Of a DNA stretch of 64,000 nucleotides, positions 42,234 to 52,717 are shown in pieces. The stretch lies in contig CAWKKR010000006.1 of the NCBI GenBank assembly GCA_963850305.1, positions 205,269 to 269,268 on the forward strand. The letters are read 5' to 3'. Position 1 is the first letter of the stretch. Every line of letters begins with the position of its first letter. The notes beneath the pieces were generated by a model, which made no database searches, was not told the origin of the DNA, and worked only from the letters and a program-made list of their open reading frames with translations. The translations under genes were made by a program, and so were the position numbers. This DNA comes from an uncultured delta proteobacterium (GTDB taxonomy: Bacteria; Myxococcota_A; Polyangia; Polyangiales; Polyangiaceae).

Positions 42234-42767
42234 ATGCGCGCCAAGCATCTTCGACCGACCCTCCTCACCGGAAGAAAGCGTCTGCGCGGCGTTGCGAGCG
42301 TCGAGGCCGTCATCGCCCTCCCGGTGTTCGTGATTCTCTTCGTCGGTATCGTTTACCTGGGGAAGCGTGCAACTGTGCGCTTCGACGTCGAACAGCAGGC
42401 AAGAAACTGTGCTTTCCGCTACTCCGCCAACAACTGCGGCACCGTCCCGTCCGATTGCATCGGTATCGTGTCCATCGGAACGACGTCGGGCTCGGACGCG
42501 GTCGAACGCGCCCTTGCGGGAGGTACCAGCAAGCTCGGCACGGTCGGCTCGACAATCGGGGACGTCATTGACGCCATCCTGACGCGCGGCCTCGAAGTGC
42601 TGGAGGGCCGCACTCTGCTGGCGACCGCGACAACCAACGTGGCGCGCCCTCCGCTGTTTGGCGGAAAATCCGTAACCATCGGGCGAGAGTACGCCTTGCC
42701 CTGCAACCTGACTCCAGAAGACCCGGAAAGCGTGGCGAAGGATGCCTGGCACATTTTCAAGCCGTGA
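42234..42767 (+). CDS. TadE-like minor pilin
   Basis: RGVASVEAVIALPVF pilin-type N-terminus; GAGGAG RBS. Confidence 0.8.
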   Translation: MRAKHLRPTLLTGRKRLRGVASVEAVIALPVFVILFVGIVYLGKRATVRFDVEQQARNCAFRYSANNCGTVPSDCIGIVSIGTTSGSDAVERALAGGTSKLGTVGSTIGDVIDAILTRGLEVLEGRTLLATATTNVARPPLFGGKSVTIGREYALPCNLTPEDPESVAKDAWHIFKP

Positions 42768-43662
42768 CGAGGGGACTGGCGGAACACTTTTTGGAGCCTT
42801 GCGTGCGCTGGGGGTCATACTCGTCATCTTTACGGTGCTCGCGGCGTATGGGGTCCGCGCTGCGGAAGCGCGCGGCGCGGAGGCGGCGCGGGACTTCGGT
42901 GAGGAACTGCTGGCCTGGCCTGGTGCGCACTTCGACGGCGCGGCCAGGGCACTCTCGCTGAACGGGCTGGTCTTGCACCTGGCGACCACGAGCACGCCCC
43001 TGCCGGTCGCGGAGGCCCTAGCCCGGTTCGCCACGGTTTGCTCGGCGCACGGCGGCGTCGATGTTCAATCTGTGCTCAGTGCGTCGCCCGGCAAGCGAAA
43101 TGGAGCGCCCCTCGGTCTTGGCATCTACTCGACGGCCTCTGCATCTACCGGCATCCTCGGATGCATCGACAGCGGGCGTCCGCTCGGGGCTCGCGAGCTA
43201 GCTGCTCGCCTTGGTCTCATGCTGAGGTCAGGTGACCTCTCGCAACTCGGGAATCTCCGCTACGTCCTCGCTCGCCGCTCGGCCCAATCCACCTCCCTGC
43301 TGGTGATCTGGACGGAAGGACCTGCAGCGTTGTTCCGATCGTTTCCCGCAACGGGAGACGCGCCGGGTCGGGATCCAATCGGCATTGCTCGTCCCCGGAA
43401 TTCGCGCCGGATTCTGTCCGCCGCGGAGAGAGAAACGCCGTACGCGATCACGGTCTACTCCACGACTGCTCAAGGCGTTCGCGACGCCTCAAATGCGTAC
43501 CAACAAGCTCTCGAGTCCGGCGGCTGGACTTTGAAGGCGGTCGGCACGGACGGCGCCGTGCTGGCGATTCGCGGCGCGAGGTCAATCGTCGTACGAACCC
43601 TTCGAGTGAGTTCGGGGGCGATCCTGATTGCTATCGTGGAACTCTCGAGCGCTAGCAACTGA
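42742..43662 (+). CDS. Hypothetical membrane-anchored Tad accessory protein (start uncertain)
   Basis: N-terminal TM helix; co-oriented within the Tad cluster. Confidence 0.65.
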   Translation: MPGTFSSRDEGTGGTLFGALRALGVILVIFTVLAAYGVRAAEARGAEAARDFGEELLAWPGAHFDGAARALSLNGLVLHLATTSTPLPVAEALARFATVCSAHGGVDVQSVLSASPGKRNGAPLGLGIYSTASASTGILGCIDSGRPLGARELAARLGLMLRSGDLSQLGNLRYVLARRSAQSTSLLVIWTEGPAALFRSFPATGDAPGRDPIGIARPRNSRRILSAAERETPYAITVYSTTAQGVRDASNAYQQALESGGWTLKAVGTDGAVLAIRGARSIVVRTLRVSSGAILIAIVELSSASN

Positions 43663-43688
43663 CGAGTCGAAGCGTCCGAACGGTACGA

Positions 43689-44495
43689 GTGCACGCCGCC
43701 GAAAGACCGAGGGTTCTCGTACCGCCAGCAACCAAACCGGCGCTGGTCATTTCACTCATCGCTGCGATGGGCGCAGGAGGCCTGGCCCATCTCTATTTCA
43801 TGCGCCTCGAGGCCGAGGTCTCGGGAGGGGCCAAAATCCCGATTTTGATCGCAGCCGAGGATGTCCCAGCTGGGGGGTTGCTCACGGAAAGTGCGCTCGC
43901 GGTTCGCGAAATTCCGCGAGCGTATGTCGAAGGAAGGAGCGTACCGTCAGTGGAGCTGAAGAACGTGCTCGGCGCCCATGTCGCTTCCGGTCTTCGCGCC
44001 GGCGAGACGTTGCTGTGGACCGATCTCTCGAAGTTCAGCGGTCGTGCGCGCGTGCTATCCGGGCTCGTGGATGGTGGAATGCGTGGCGTGGCCATCGACG
44101 GTCGCGACGCGGATTTCGACGGCCTGCTACGTCCGGGCGATCGCGTCGACGTCCTCTGTACGACCGGGGACGGTGCCGAATCACCGGGCGCGACAGTGAC
44201 GTTACTGCAGAACATACTCGTGCTCTCCGTCGGTGGGAGCATCGATCGCGCGAACAAAACCGACAATGCGCGCTGGCGAGCCGGAGTGGTCCTGGGGGCC
44301 ACGGTCGAGCAAGCGCAGCTTTTGACCCAGGCAGAGCAGCGCGGACACCTCTCGCTGACCTTGCGCAACCAGGACGACATTGCCGTCGTGGATGGTCTAG
44401 GAGAGTCGACCGCGAAAGACGTACTGCCGAGCGAAGCGACGCCGCTTTCGCCATCGAATGGCCTCCGGGCTCGGGGAATCGACCGTGTTCGGTAG
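43689..44495 (+). CDS. cpaB: Flp pilus assembly protein CpaB/RcpC
   Basis: SAF-like region, GMRGVAI, LLRPGDRVDVL, LLQNILVLSVG and LSLTLRN. Confidence 0.9.
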   Translation: MHAAERPRVLVPPATKPALVISLIAAMGAGGLAHLYFMRLEAEVSGGAKIPILIAAEDVPAGGLLTESALAVREIPRAYVEGRSVPSVELKNVLGAHVASGLRAGETLLWTDLSKFSGRARVLSGLVDGGMRGVAIDGRDADFDGLLRPGDRVDVLCTTGDGAESPGATVTLLQNILVLSVGGSIDRANKTDNARWRAGVVLGATVEQAQLLTQAEQRGHLSLTLRNQDDIAVVDGLGESTAKDVLPSEATPLSPSNGLRARGIDRVR

Positions 44496-45642
44496 GCCGA
44501 AGGCAGTAATTCAGGTCGCCCTCGCGGCCTGGCTAATGGCAACGCCCGCCTTCGCGCAAGGTGGGTCGAGCCCAACTCGCGAGATACCGGACGGCTCCTC
44601 GGAGGAGAACATAGCCCTTCAGATCGGCGAACAGCGGGTCATCTCGGGCGAGGAGGTGCGGAGCTATTCGGAGGGAGCGCCAGGCATCGTCGATGTTCGT
44701 TTGACAAAAGACGCTTCGGAGTTCGTCGTCGTGGCGCTCGCGCCCGGCACCACGACACTGCTCTTCATCATGGTGGATGGAGGTGAGCGCCGCTACCGAT
44801 TCACCGTCACCGATCCGCGAGGAGCCAAGGCCGAGGGCAGCGGGCCCGAAGTGGTGGAAGCGCGTGACAACGTTCGGCTCGACTTCTACTTCGTTCAGCT
44901 GAGCCGGAGCCATACGCGACAACTCGGACTGGCGTTTCCCGCGTCGATCGCCTCGACGTTTTCCGGCACGTATGATCTCGCGGCAGGCGCGCTGGACAGT
45001 GCCACCGCAGTCATCACGGACCAGGCGCTCCCACGCCTGGACATGGCGGAGTCGGCCGGCTTCGCAAAGGTCCTCCGCAAGGCGGCCGTGGTCACCGCCA
45101 ACGGGGAGAAAGCGTCATTTTCTGGTGGCGGAGAGGTTAACATTGCCGTCCAGACGGCCCTCACGAGCGCGATTCACAAGATCCCGTTCGGCTCGGTCAT
45201 CGATGTCGAGCCGCACTACGACTCGCGTAGCGGACGGATCGAACTCAAGCTTCACGCCGACATTTCCGAACTCACGGACGACGGCGGCTCTGGGGTACCT
45301 GGGCGCACGACCTCGGCGCTCGACACGGTCGTCAACATCGAACTGGGGCAGTCGCTCATCCTCGCGGGATTGACGGAAAAAGACGAGCGGGGTTCGAGAG
45401 CAGGTGTCCCGGGCTTGAGCCAGATCCCCATCCTGGGCTTGCTGTTCGGGACCCACGGACACACCGAGGATGAATCCGAGAACATCGTCGTCATCGTGCC
45501 TTCGGTCGTCGACGCGGTGTCGATGGAAGACAAGCAACGCCTCGATGCGGCTTTGCAGCAATACTCGGAATTCAGCGGCGACATCGACGCCGTGAAGTTC
45601 GTTCCCGAGCCGAACGCCGGAGAACGTCGGAGGGCTCCGTGA
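44458..45642 (+). CDS. cpaC: Secretin CpaC/RcpA
   Basis: Pilus-formation N-domain (PGTTTL), GEKASFSGGGE, GQSLILAGL and PGLSQIPILGLLF. Confidence 0.88.
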   Translation: MASGLGESTVFGRPKAVIQVALAAWLMATPAFAQGGSSPTREIPDGSSEENIALQIGEQRVISGEEVRSYSEGAPGIVDVRLTKDASEFVVVALAPGTTTLLFIMVDGGERRYRFTVTDPRGAKAEGSGPEVVEARDNVRLDFYFVQLSRSHTRQLGLAFPASIASTFSGTYDLAAGALDSATAVITDQALPRLDMAESAGFAKVLRKAAVVTANGEKASFSGGGEVNIAVQTALTSAIHKIPFGSVIDVEPHYDSRSGRIELKLHADISELTDDGGSGVPGRTTSALDTVVNIELGQSLILAGLTEKDERGSRAGVPGLSQIPILGLLFGTHGHTEDESENIVVIVPSVVDAVSMEDKQRLDAALQQYSEFSGDIDAVKFVPEPNAGERRRAP

Positions 45643-47237
45643 ACGTCACGACCTTCAGGTTCGAGGTTTCTTCCGCAAGCGACCAGCGGGAGCTGACACT
45701 GGACACCGTTGGCGTGATCTGGATTGGCCGAGAAGCGGGCGCCGACCTGCTCCTCGCCGCTTCGAACGTGTCGAGACGCCATGTGTCCGTCGAGAGAGTG
45801 GCCTCCGGCCTTCGGGTCGTCGACGCTTCAGCCAACGGGACCGTCGTAAACGGCAAACTCCTGCACGGCGACGCAAGGATCCTCCCGGACGTCTCGGCGA
45901 CGCTTCGCGTTGGGACCTTTCGCGTCCGCGTCTGGATTGCCGAGTCCCTGAACCCCGCGCCCGTCGAGGCCCCGAAAGCGTCGCTCGAGTTGCGGCGACG
46001 GATTCGTCGGGCGCTCATCGACGAGCTCGATCTTCCCGCACTGGATCGCTCGAAGATGAGCGCGGCAGAGCTCCGGCCCCGAGTCGAAGCGGGACTCGAG
46101 CGGATCCTGTCCACGCACATCGCTGACTTGCCGGACGCCGGCATTCGTCGCGTGCTCGTCCAGGAACTGGCCGACGAGGCGCTCGGACTCGGGCCGCTCG
46201 AGCGACTCCTCGCAGATACCAGCGTCAGCGAAATCATGGTCGTCGACGCACGTACGATCTTCGCTGAGCGCGCGGGAAAGCTCGAACTCACTGGTCTTCA
46301 GTTCACGGATGATGATGCCGTCCGCGCGGTGATCGAGCGCGTCGTGACTCCTCTCGGTCGGCGCATCGACGAATCCACGCCGCTCGTGGACGCGCGGTTG
46401 GGCGATGGTTCGCGGGTCAACGCCGTGATCCCTCCGCTCGCGCTGCGCGGGCCGTGCATCACGATCCGCAAGTTCTCGACGACCGCGCTCGGATTTTCGG
46501 ATCTGGTGGGCCAGGGGTCGTTGACTGCGGAGATGGCGCGCTTCCTGGAGCGCAGCGTGCGCGCAAAGAAGAACATCGTCATCTCCGGCGGAACTGGCAG
46601 CGGCAAGACGACGTTGCTCAATGTCCTGTCGTCCGCGATCCCAGGAGCGGAACGCATCATCACGGTGGAAGACGCAGCCGAGTTGAAGGTCTCTCAACCG
46701 CACGTGGTGTCGCTCGAAGCCAGGCCCGCCAATCTCGAGGGAAAGGGCGAGTACACAATCCGGGACCTGGTAAAAAATGCGCTCAGGATGCGTCCGGATC
46801 GGATAGTCGTCGGCGAGTGCCGGGGAGGGGAGGCGATCGACATGCTGCAGGCGATGAACACGGGCCATGAAGGCTCGCTGACGACGACCCACGCCAATAG
46901 CCCACACGAGGCGATTTCGCGGCTCGAGACTCTGTGCCTGATGGCCGGCCTCGATCTGCCGGTGCAGGCGATCCGACGCCAGATCGCTTCCAGCATTCAC
47001 CTGATCGTCCAGCAGACGCGCTTCTCGGACGGCTCCCGTCGCGTATCGAGCATCGGAGAAGTCGTTGGACTCGACCTCGACGGCGAGGTGGCGCTGCGGG
47101 AGATTTTCCAATTTCGGGCTCGACGCATGAGCGAGTCTGGAAACGTGGAGGGCGAGTTTCTCGCGAGCGGCTACTTGCCGTCGTTCCTCGATGAATTCGT
47201 CGCGCGAGGGCTCACGACCGATGGGGCCTTCCCATGA
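45639..47237 (+). CDS. cpaF: FHA-fused TadA/CpaF pilus ATPase
   Basis: FHA (IGR, VSRRH, SANGT); GGTGSGKTT, LRMRPDRIVVGECRG and MNTGHEG. Confidence 0.93.
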   Translation: MNVTTFRFEVSSASDQRELTLDTVGVIWIGREAGADLLLAASNVSRRHVSVERVASGLRVVDASANGTVVNGKLLHGDARILPDVSATLRVGTFRVRVWIAESLNPAPVEAPKASLELRRRIRRALIDELDLPALDRSKMSAAELRPRVEAGLERILSTHIADLPDAGIRRVLVQELADEALGLGPLERLLADTSVSEIMVVDARTIFAERAGKLELTGLQFTDDDAVRAVIERVVTPLGRRIDESTPLVDARLGDGSRVNAVIPPLALRGPCITIRKFSTTALGFSDLVGQGSLTAEMARFLERSVRAKKNIVISGGTGSGKTTLLNVLSSAIPGAERIITVEDAAELKVSQPHVVSLEARPANLEGKGEYTIRDLVKNALRMRPDRIVVGECRGGEAIDMLQAMNTGHEGSLTTTHANSPHEAISRLETLCLMAGLDLPVQAIRRQIASSIHLIVQQTRFSDGSRRVSSIGEVVGLDLDGEVALREIFQFRARRMSESGNVEGEFLASGYLPSFLDEFVARGLTTDGAFP

Positions 47238-48092
47238 AGCCGTCCCTCGACGTCGTAGAGTGGACCGTTACGGTCGCGATGGCGATGACGGTCGCGGCCG
47301 TCGCTAACGCCTTCTTCGGCAGCGTCGAGTCGCCCGGAACCGTCGCGCTTGCCAGGCACGTCTCGAGCCTCGACTCCCGGTTGAAATTCGTACGCTCGGC
47401 GATCTCTGGGCGCTGGATCGCGACGACACAGATCGTCACGATCGCCGCGTGCGCAATGACGGCTGCGTCGGGCAGGTGGCCGGCACTGCCGGTAGCCGTC
47501 GCCGTGGCCATGGGGCCCACCATTTTCCCTCGAGAAGGTCGCCGCCGCCCGCATCGCAAGGCTCGACGCTCTCGTCGAGCCTTGGCTGAACGCGATTGCC
47601 AATTCCCTGAAGGCGGGCCCATCGCTCGGCGACGCGATCGGGTCTTCCGTTGCGCTGGTCCCCGCGCCGATGAGCGAGGAACTCGACGTGCTGCTGAAGG
47701 AATGCGATCTCGGAACGCCACTCGACGAAGCACTGGATAATCTCGCCAGGCGCGTCGGCGCGAAGACCGTGTCGGGGGCCGTGCTCGCACTGAAGGTGTC
47801 GCGCCGCAGTGGCGGGAACCTGACGGAGATGCTCGAACATACGGCAGGAGCCCTGCGCGAGCTCGTTCGGCTCGAGGGGGTGGTTCGTACGAAGACCGCG
47901 GAAGGGAAGGCCCAAGCTTTCGTGATCGGGTTCGTCCCGGTTCCGATGGTCATCGGCGCGGAGTTCATGGACCCCGGCTTTTTTCGCCCGCTCGAAACGA
48001 CCTTCATCGGTAGCGCCGTCGCTGCGGCCGCGATGGTGCTCTGGATCCTCGCGGTAGCGACGGCGCGAGGAATTCTCGCGGTGGACGTTTAG
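47234..48092 (+). CDS. tadB: TadB platform protein, frameshift in a C-run at ~47527
   Basis: IANSLKAGPSL, GGNLTEMLE and TKTAEGKAQA across two frames. Confidence 0.85.
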
Positions 48093-48098
48093 GAGAGC

Positions 48099-48992
48099 AT
48101 GACGGCGAGAACCGCGGAGGTGATGGCGTCGCTTCTCTTCGGCTTGGCGACGCTCGCTCTGGCCATCGCAATTGCCGGTGTCCCTGCGGCTCGAGCCCCC
48201 GCATTCGGTCGTCGCGGTAAGGCTCGAAAACGTGCCCTCGCCAGGGGAGGCCTGTTTTCGTGTGTCGAACCGCTGATCCGGTTCATCGCGGGCCTCGTAG
48301 CCTTCGTTGCTTCGCCGGAGCGGCGAGAGAACATCGAGATCGAGCTCGTCCGCGCCGAACACTGGCTTGGTCTGGCGCCGGACGAGTACACGGCTCTTCG
48401 GCTGATTTCCGCTCCGATCGTCGGCGCAGTCGCCTGGTCGCTTGCGCGCGCGGGGGGGGCCAGCTGGGTATTGGCACTGCCTGGCGTAGTGCTGGGGTTC
48501 ATGTTGCCAAGGCTCCATGTTCTCGAGCTCGCGCGACGCCGATCGAAGGAGATCTCGCGTGGTCTCCCTCATGCGATCGAGATCGCCGCGATGTGCCTGG
48601 ACGCGGGATTGGACTTCCCCGGTGCGCTCCGGGCCCTGTCGGATTCGGCGCGCGGCCACGCGGACGCGCTCTCGCGCGAGTTTTTGCAAGTTCTGGAAGA
48701 ACTCGAGCTCGGACGGACCCGCCGGCAAGCTCTTCTTGCGTTCTCCGAGCGCGTGCCGACCGAGCCCGTCCGTGAGTTCGTGATGGCGATCGTTCAAGCG
48801 GACCAGAAGGGCAATCCGCTGGCGCGGGCGATTCGCATCCAGGGCCGATTGCTCAGCACTCGCCGCAGCGTCGCGGCAGAAGAAGCCGCAGCTCGCGCTG
48901 GAGTGTTGATGGTGATCCCACTCATGCTGCTCGTCGGGGCCGTCCTCTTGCTACTCGTGGGTCCGTTGATCGTGAAAGGTGTCGGCTTCTGA
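48099..48992 (+). CDS. tadC: TadC platform protein
   Basis: LPHAIE...AGLDF, ELELGRTRRQAL, G.PLARAIR and AEEAAARA. Confidence 0.9.
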   Translation: MTARTAEVMASLLFGLATLALAIAIAGVPAARAPAFGRRGKARKRALARGGLFSCVEPLIRFIAGLVAFVASPERRENIEIELVRAEHWLGLAPDEYTALRLISAPIVGAVAWSLARAGGASWVLALPGVVLGFMLPRLHVLELARRRSKEISRGLPHAIEIAAMCLDAGLDFPGALRALSDSARGHADALSREFLQVLEELELGRTRRQALLAFSERVPTEPVREFVMAIVQADQKGNPLARAIRIQGRLLSTRRSVAAEEAAARAGVLMVIPLMLLVGAVLLLLVGPLIVKGVGF

Positions 48993-49529
48993 ATGAATCG
49001 CACCGTGGAAATCGTGCTCGGAGCCGCGGTAGCAACCGCCATCGGAGTCGTTGCGATGAAACCTCCCGGCTCGAGTGACGCTGCCAGCCTGCGGCTGGAA
49101 GCGCCTCAACTTGCGGTCGTGCCTCGGGTTTGCCCGGACTCGGACGCTGCCGCTGCCGAACACCGTGGACGGGACGCCGACAGAGCCGCCGCAGCAAAAA
49201 TTCAGGAATTCCAATTCGATCCGAGCGATGGACTGGGAGCGCTCGTTCTGTTCGAGGAAGCGATCTCTTGCTTCGACAGTGCCCACCTCCGAGCGGACGC
49301 GGTTCGGGTCTCGCATGAGAGGGACGACTGGTTGGAGCATCTGAAGGACACCTACGCGTCGGCGCGGCTGCGTCTTCGAGTTGCCCTGGAGCATCGCCAG
49401 CAAGCAGAGGCCCTATCGGCCGCGGGGGACGTCGACGCGCTGCTGGGACCTGGCGACGATCCGTATCGTCACTGGCTCGCGGCTCTCCGGCAGCAACTCG
49501 AACAGAGTATCGCAAGCGGGGCGAATTGA
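48993..49529 (+). CDS. Hypothetical helical membrane-anchored protein
   Basis: N-terminal TM; starts immediately after tadC. Confidence 0.65.
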   Translation: MNRTVEIVLGAAVATAIGVVAMKPPGSSDAASLRLEAPQLAVVPRVCPDSDAAAAEHRGRDADRAAAAKIQEFQFDPSDGLGALVLFEEAISCFDSAHLRADAVRVSHERDDWLEHLKDTYASARLRLRVALEHRQQAEALSAAGDVDALLGPGDDPYRHWLAALRQQLEQSIASGAN

Positions 49530-49589
49530 GGGCACTGGCGCGGGTCGCAAAAGCTCGCAACCCGCGGTCTCCAGTGCCGATAGGTCGTC

Positions 49590-50180
49590 GTGTCACGGTG
49601 TCATACTCTGCTGCTCGCCGGATTCCTTGGAGGCTGCGCCGCCAGAGACGCTCGTTCGACGACGGCGCTCGACGCTGGGGCTTCGGACCCGAACCCTGGC
49701 GCGGTCCTTTTTTTCGAGGGACGTGCCGCGGCGGCAAGAGGGGACTCGATCCGGGCTGAGCAATATCTATCGCTCGCCGCAGAGCGTGGCTATGACCGTC
49801 GGGCGGCCCTGTCCGTTCTGCTGCAAGCCTGCGTGTCCAGCTTGCATCTTCGTGCGGCGCTCGACCACGCAGAAGCATACCTGCTCGATCATCCCGACGA
49901 CGCGAGGCTCCGCTACCTCGTCGCGACGATCCACGTCGGCCTCGGGCAACGCAAGGAAGCCAGGGAGGAACTCGAACGCGTCTTGAAGGAGAAGGACGGC
50001 ATGGCGGAAGCCCATCTCTTGCTTGGGGTTCTGTCCGTCGAGATCAACGCGGGCCTCGCGCATCGCGAGTTTGTCCGGTACCTGGAGCTCGCTCCGCATG
50101 GCTCGCGCCGCGAGGAGGTCCAGAGTCGCATCGCCGAGCTCGAGGTCTCCCGGTCGCGGAGAGGACAGGCCAGACAATGA
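49590..50180 (+). CDS. TPR lipoprotein (TadD-like pilotin candidate)
   Basis: LLAGFLGGC lipobox; TPR helices, YLELAP.G. Confidence 0.72.
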   Translation: MSRCHTLLLAGFLGGCAARDARSTTALDAGASDPNPGAVLFFEGRAAAARGDSIRAEQYLSLAAERGYDRRAALSVLLQACVSSLHLRAALDHAEAYLLDHPDDARLRYLVATIHVGLGQRKEAREELERVLKEKDGMAEAHLLLGVLSVEINAGLAHREFVRYLELAPHGSRREEVQSRIAELEVSRSRRGQARQ

Positions 50181-51294
50181 TTCCACTAGGTGTCTTCGAA
50201 GGTGCCATCCGCGGCTTTCTCGCGCCCATTGCTCCCCTTCTAGAGGACGACTCCGTGACGGAGGTCCTCGTGAACGGCCCGTCCGAGGTGTTCGTCGAGC
50301 GCGCGGGCGTCCTGCGGCGCACCGAGCGGCGGTTCGAGTCAGTCGAACAGTTGACCTCGGCGCTAAGAGTCATCGCGCAGTACGCGGGCCGGAGCTTCGA
50401 TGAACGGCGTCCCATCCTCGAGGCTTGGCTGCCGGACGGTGCACGGATCGAAGCCCTTCTTCCCCGATCGCTCCCGCCGGACCTTGCGTCGCGATCCGAC
50501 GGTTTTCGAAAGAACGACTCACGATCGACAAGCTGCTCGCGTCGGGCGCACTGACGCGAGACGTGGCCGAGACTCTGCGCATCCTCGTAGCGTGCAAGCG
50601 AAACATCGTGGTCGCCGGCGGAACTGGCTCCGGCAAAACGTCGATGCTGAACGTTCTCTCGGCCTTCGTTCCGGCGGAGGAACGCATCATCGTGCTCGAA
50701 GACACGCGGGAACTGTCTCTGCAGCGCGAACACGTCGTGCGCTTCGAGACCCGTCCGCCCGACGACCGCGGTCGCGGCGCCATAGACGTCGCGGAGCTGT
50801 TTCGCGCGAGCCTGCGGATGCGACCAGATCGGATCGTGCTCGGGGAAATTCGCGGCGCTGAAGCCATGGACTTGATCCAGGCGATGACCTCTGGACACGG
50901 CGGATGTTTGACGACCGTTCACGCGACGTTCCCCCTGGATGCGCTGAACCGGCTGGGAACGATGGCGCTCATGGCCGGGCTGGAACTCCCGTCGTCATTG
51001 GTCAGGGCCGAACTCGCTGCTGCGATAGACGTGATCGTTCAGACCGCCCGGTTCCGCGACGGCCGACGACGCGTGACCCACGTGACGGAAGTATCGGGTG
51101 TTGATGCCGCGGGAGCATTTCAGACACGGGACCTGTTTCGCCTCGAGCGGCGCGAGGGACAGTCCGGCGTCCAGCTGGCGCTCCTGCCTACCGGGGTCCT
51201 GCCAGCGTGCGAGGACATCCTGCGGGATCACGGATTGTCGCTGCCGGAAGGCGTCCGCGCCGCCGCTCGGCGCGCGGCAGAACGAGCGTCGTGA
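50177..51294 (+). CDS. Second TadA/CpaF ATPase (no FHA), frameshift in a C-run at ~50463
   Basis: TEVLVNGP, AGGTGSGKTS, LRMRPDRIVLGEIRG and MTSGHGG. Confidence 0.88.
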
Positions 51295-52040
51295 TGATGA
51301 GGAGTCGCACGCAGCTGCGAGAACGACCGGAGGACGACGAGCCGACGCTGGGCCCATTCGAGTACTCCCCCTCGCGTGATGAAACGAAGACAGCCGAATA
51401 TCGGTGCATTCCCTGGCCCGTCAGCGCGACTATCGGAGACGATGCCCCAACGCTATTCGACGAGATGCCGACCGTCGTCGATAGTCCGGCGCGCTCGTCA
51501 GGAGACGCTGCGGGCTCCGTCGGCTTCGCGTTCGACCGCGATACCGACCGCATGAAGGCGTCGCGCATCGACGGGTCCAACGTCGTCGTGCGACGCGCGG
51601 GCGCGCAAGCGCCGCATGAATGGGGACTCATCGGCACGCGCGCGGCGCGGGGCGTCCGGCTTTTGTTCCTTGCCTTCATCGTGACGGTCGCTGCGGTGGT
51701 CGCTCGACACCTTGAACCACTGCAGTCGTCCGAGCGACGGCCGCAACGGCTTGCGGCGGCGATGGTCGCCCCCGCAACGGCAAGATCCGCTGCCGACGTG
51801 CCCGAGGTTATCCCGGTCGAATCCGCGAGTCCCGGTTGCGACGCCACTCCTGCGGATACAGCGGTCCGCGCCCTAGTCGAAGGAAGACTGCGCGAAGCGG
51901 CGTGCTCTTTCGTCACTCTCTCGAAGGCTCCTGGCGCCGCACCGCCGTACGCGACTCTGGCTCGCTTGCTGAAGCGGCACGGCTCCAGTGCTTGCGCAAT
52001 ACAGACCTGGGACGTCTCCTGTCCGGAGGTTCAGCGGTGA
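51291..52040 (+). CDS. Hypothetical bitopic protein with an acidic Thr-motif N-terminus
   Basis: DDEPTL, DETKTA, DDAPTL and DEMPTV motifs; one TM; Cys-containing C-terminus; GTGA coupling. Confidence 0.65.
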   Translation: MMMRSRTQLRERPEDDEPTLGPFEYSPSRDETKTAEYRCIPWPVSATIGDDAPTLFDEMPTVVDSPARSSGDAAGSVGFAFDRDTDRMKASRIDGSNVVVRRAGAQAPHEWGLIGTRAARGVRLLFLAFIVTVAAVVARHLEPLQSSERRPQRLAAAMVAPATARSAADVPEVIPVESASPGCDATPADTAVRALVEGRLREAACSFVTLSKAPGAAPPYATLARLLKRHGSSACAIQTWDVSCPEVQR

Positions 52041-52717
52041 TTTGCCGGCGCGGCCTTGCGCTCTTTCTCGCGGCAATGCCAGCTCTCGGTTGTCGGATCG
52101 TGGAAAAACAACCCGACCCGCCGTTTCGCATCACGGTCGCGGTCACCTCCGACCGCGGTGAACCTCTCGAAGGCGCCAGCGTGCGCGCAGACGGCACGGC
52201 CCTCGGCGTCACCGGGACGTCGGGGCTGTTGACCCTCAGCCGCGAGGGCCGGGAAGGCGATCCGGTCACCATCGATGTGATCTGCCCGGACGGCTACTCG
52301 CTGCGAGCACCGCGACCGTCGGTCCGACTCGCACGCGTTCACGGTCTGGAGGTGACTGATTTGATGGCGCAGCGCGTGGCGGTCCTCTGCGAACGCCGCT
52401 GGATGGACCTGGTCATCGTCGTCCGCTCGTCGGGCGGGGCCGATCTCCCCGTATTCGTGGATGGCAAGAGCGTCGCGACGACAGACGCTCAGGGGGTTTC
52501 CTGCATTTCACTGACGCGAAAGCGAGACGTCCCGTCCGTCACCGTGGCGGTAGAAACGGCGTCGCGTCCAGGATTGCGGCCGCGAAGTCCGTCGAGAACG
52601 TACGACCTCGACGGCCGCGACGCGGTGCTGGTGTTCGATGAATCCCTTCGCTGCGCGCGACCCCTCGTGCGAGGAAGTCCTCTGCGCGGGCGCAAGAGCC
52701 CGTATCGGCTGGATTGA
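52037..52717 (+). CDS. Hypothetical lipoprotein with two beta-sandwich (PEGA/carboxypeptidase-regulatory-like) modules
   Basis: ALGC lipobox; G.PLEGASV..DG..LG.T and V.VDGK.VATTD..G. Confidence 0.65.
   Translation: MICRRGLALFLAAMPALGCRIVEKQPDPPFRITVAVTSDRGEPLEGASVRADGTALGVTGTSGLLTLSREGREGDPVTIDVICPDGYSLRAPRPSVRLARVHGLEVTDLMAQRVAVLCERRWMDLVIVVRSSGGADLPVFVDGKSVATTDAQGVSCISLTRKRDVPSVTVAVETASRPGLRPRSPSRTYDLDGRDAVLVFDESLRCARPLVRGSPLRGRKSPYRLD

Noticed and set aside
47520..50470. Programmed frameshifting in tadB and the second cpaF
   Set aside because: Both shifts lie in short C-runs, and similar indels occur in housekeeping genes; sequencing error is simpler
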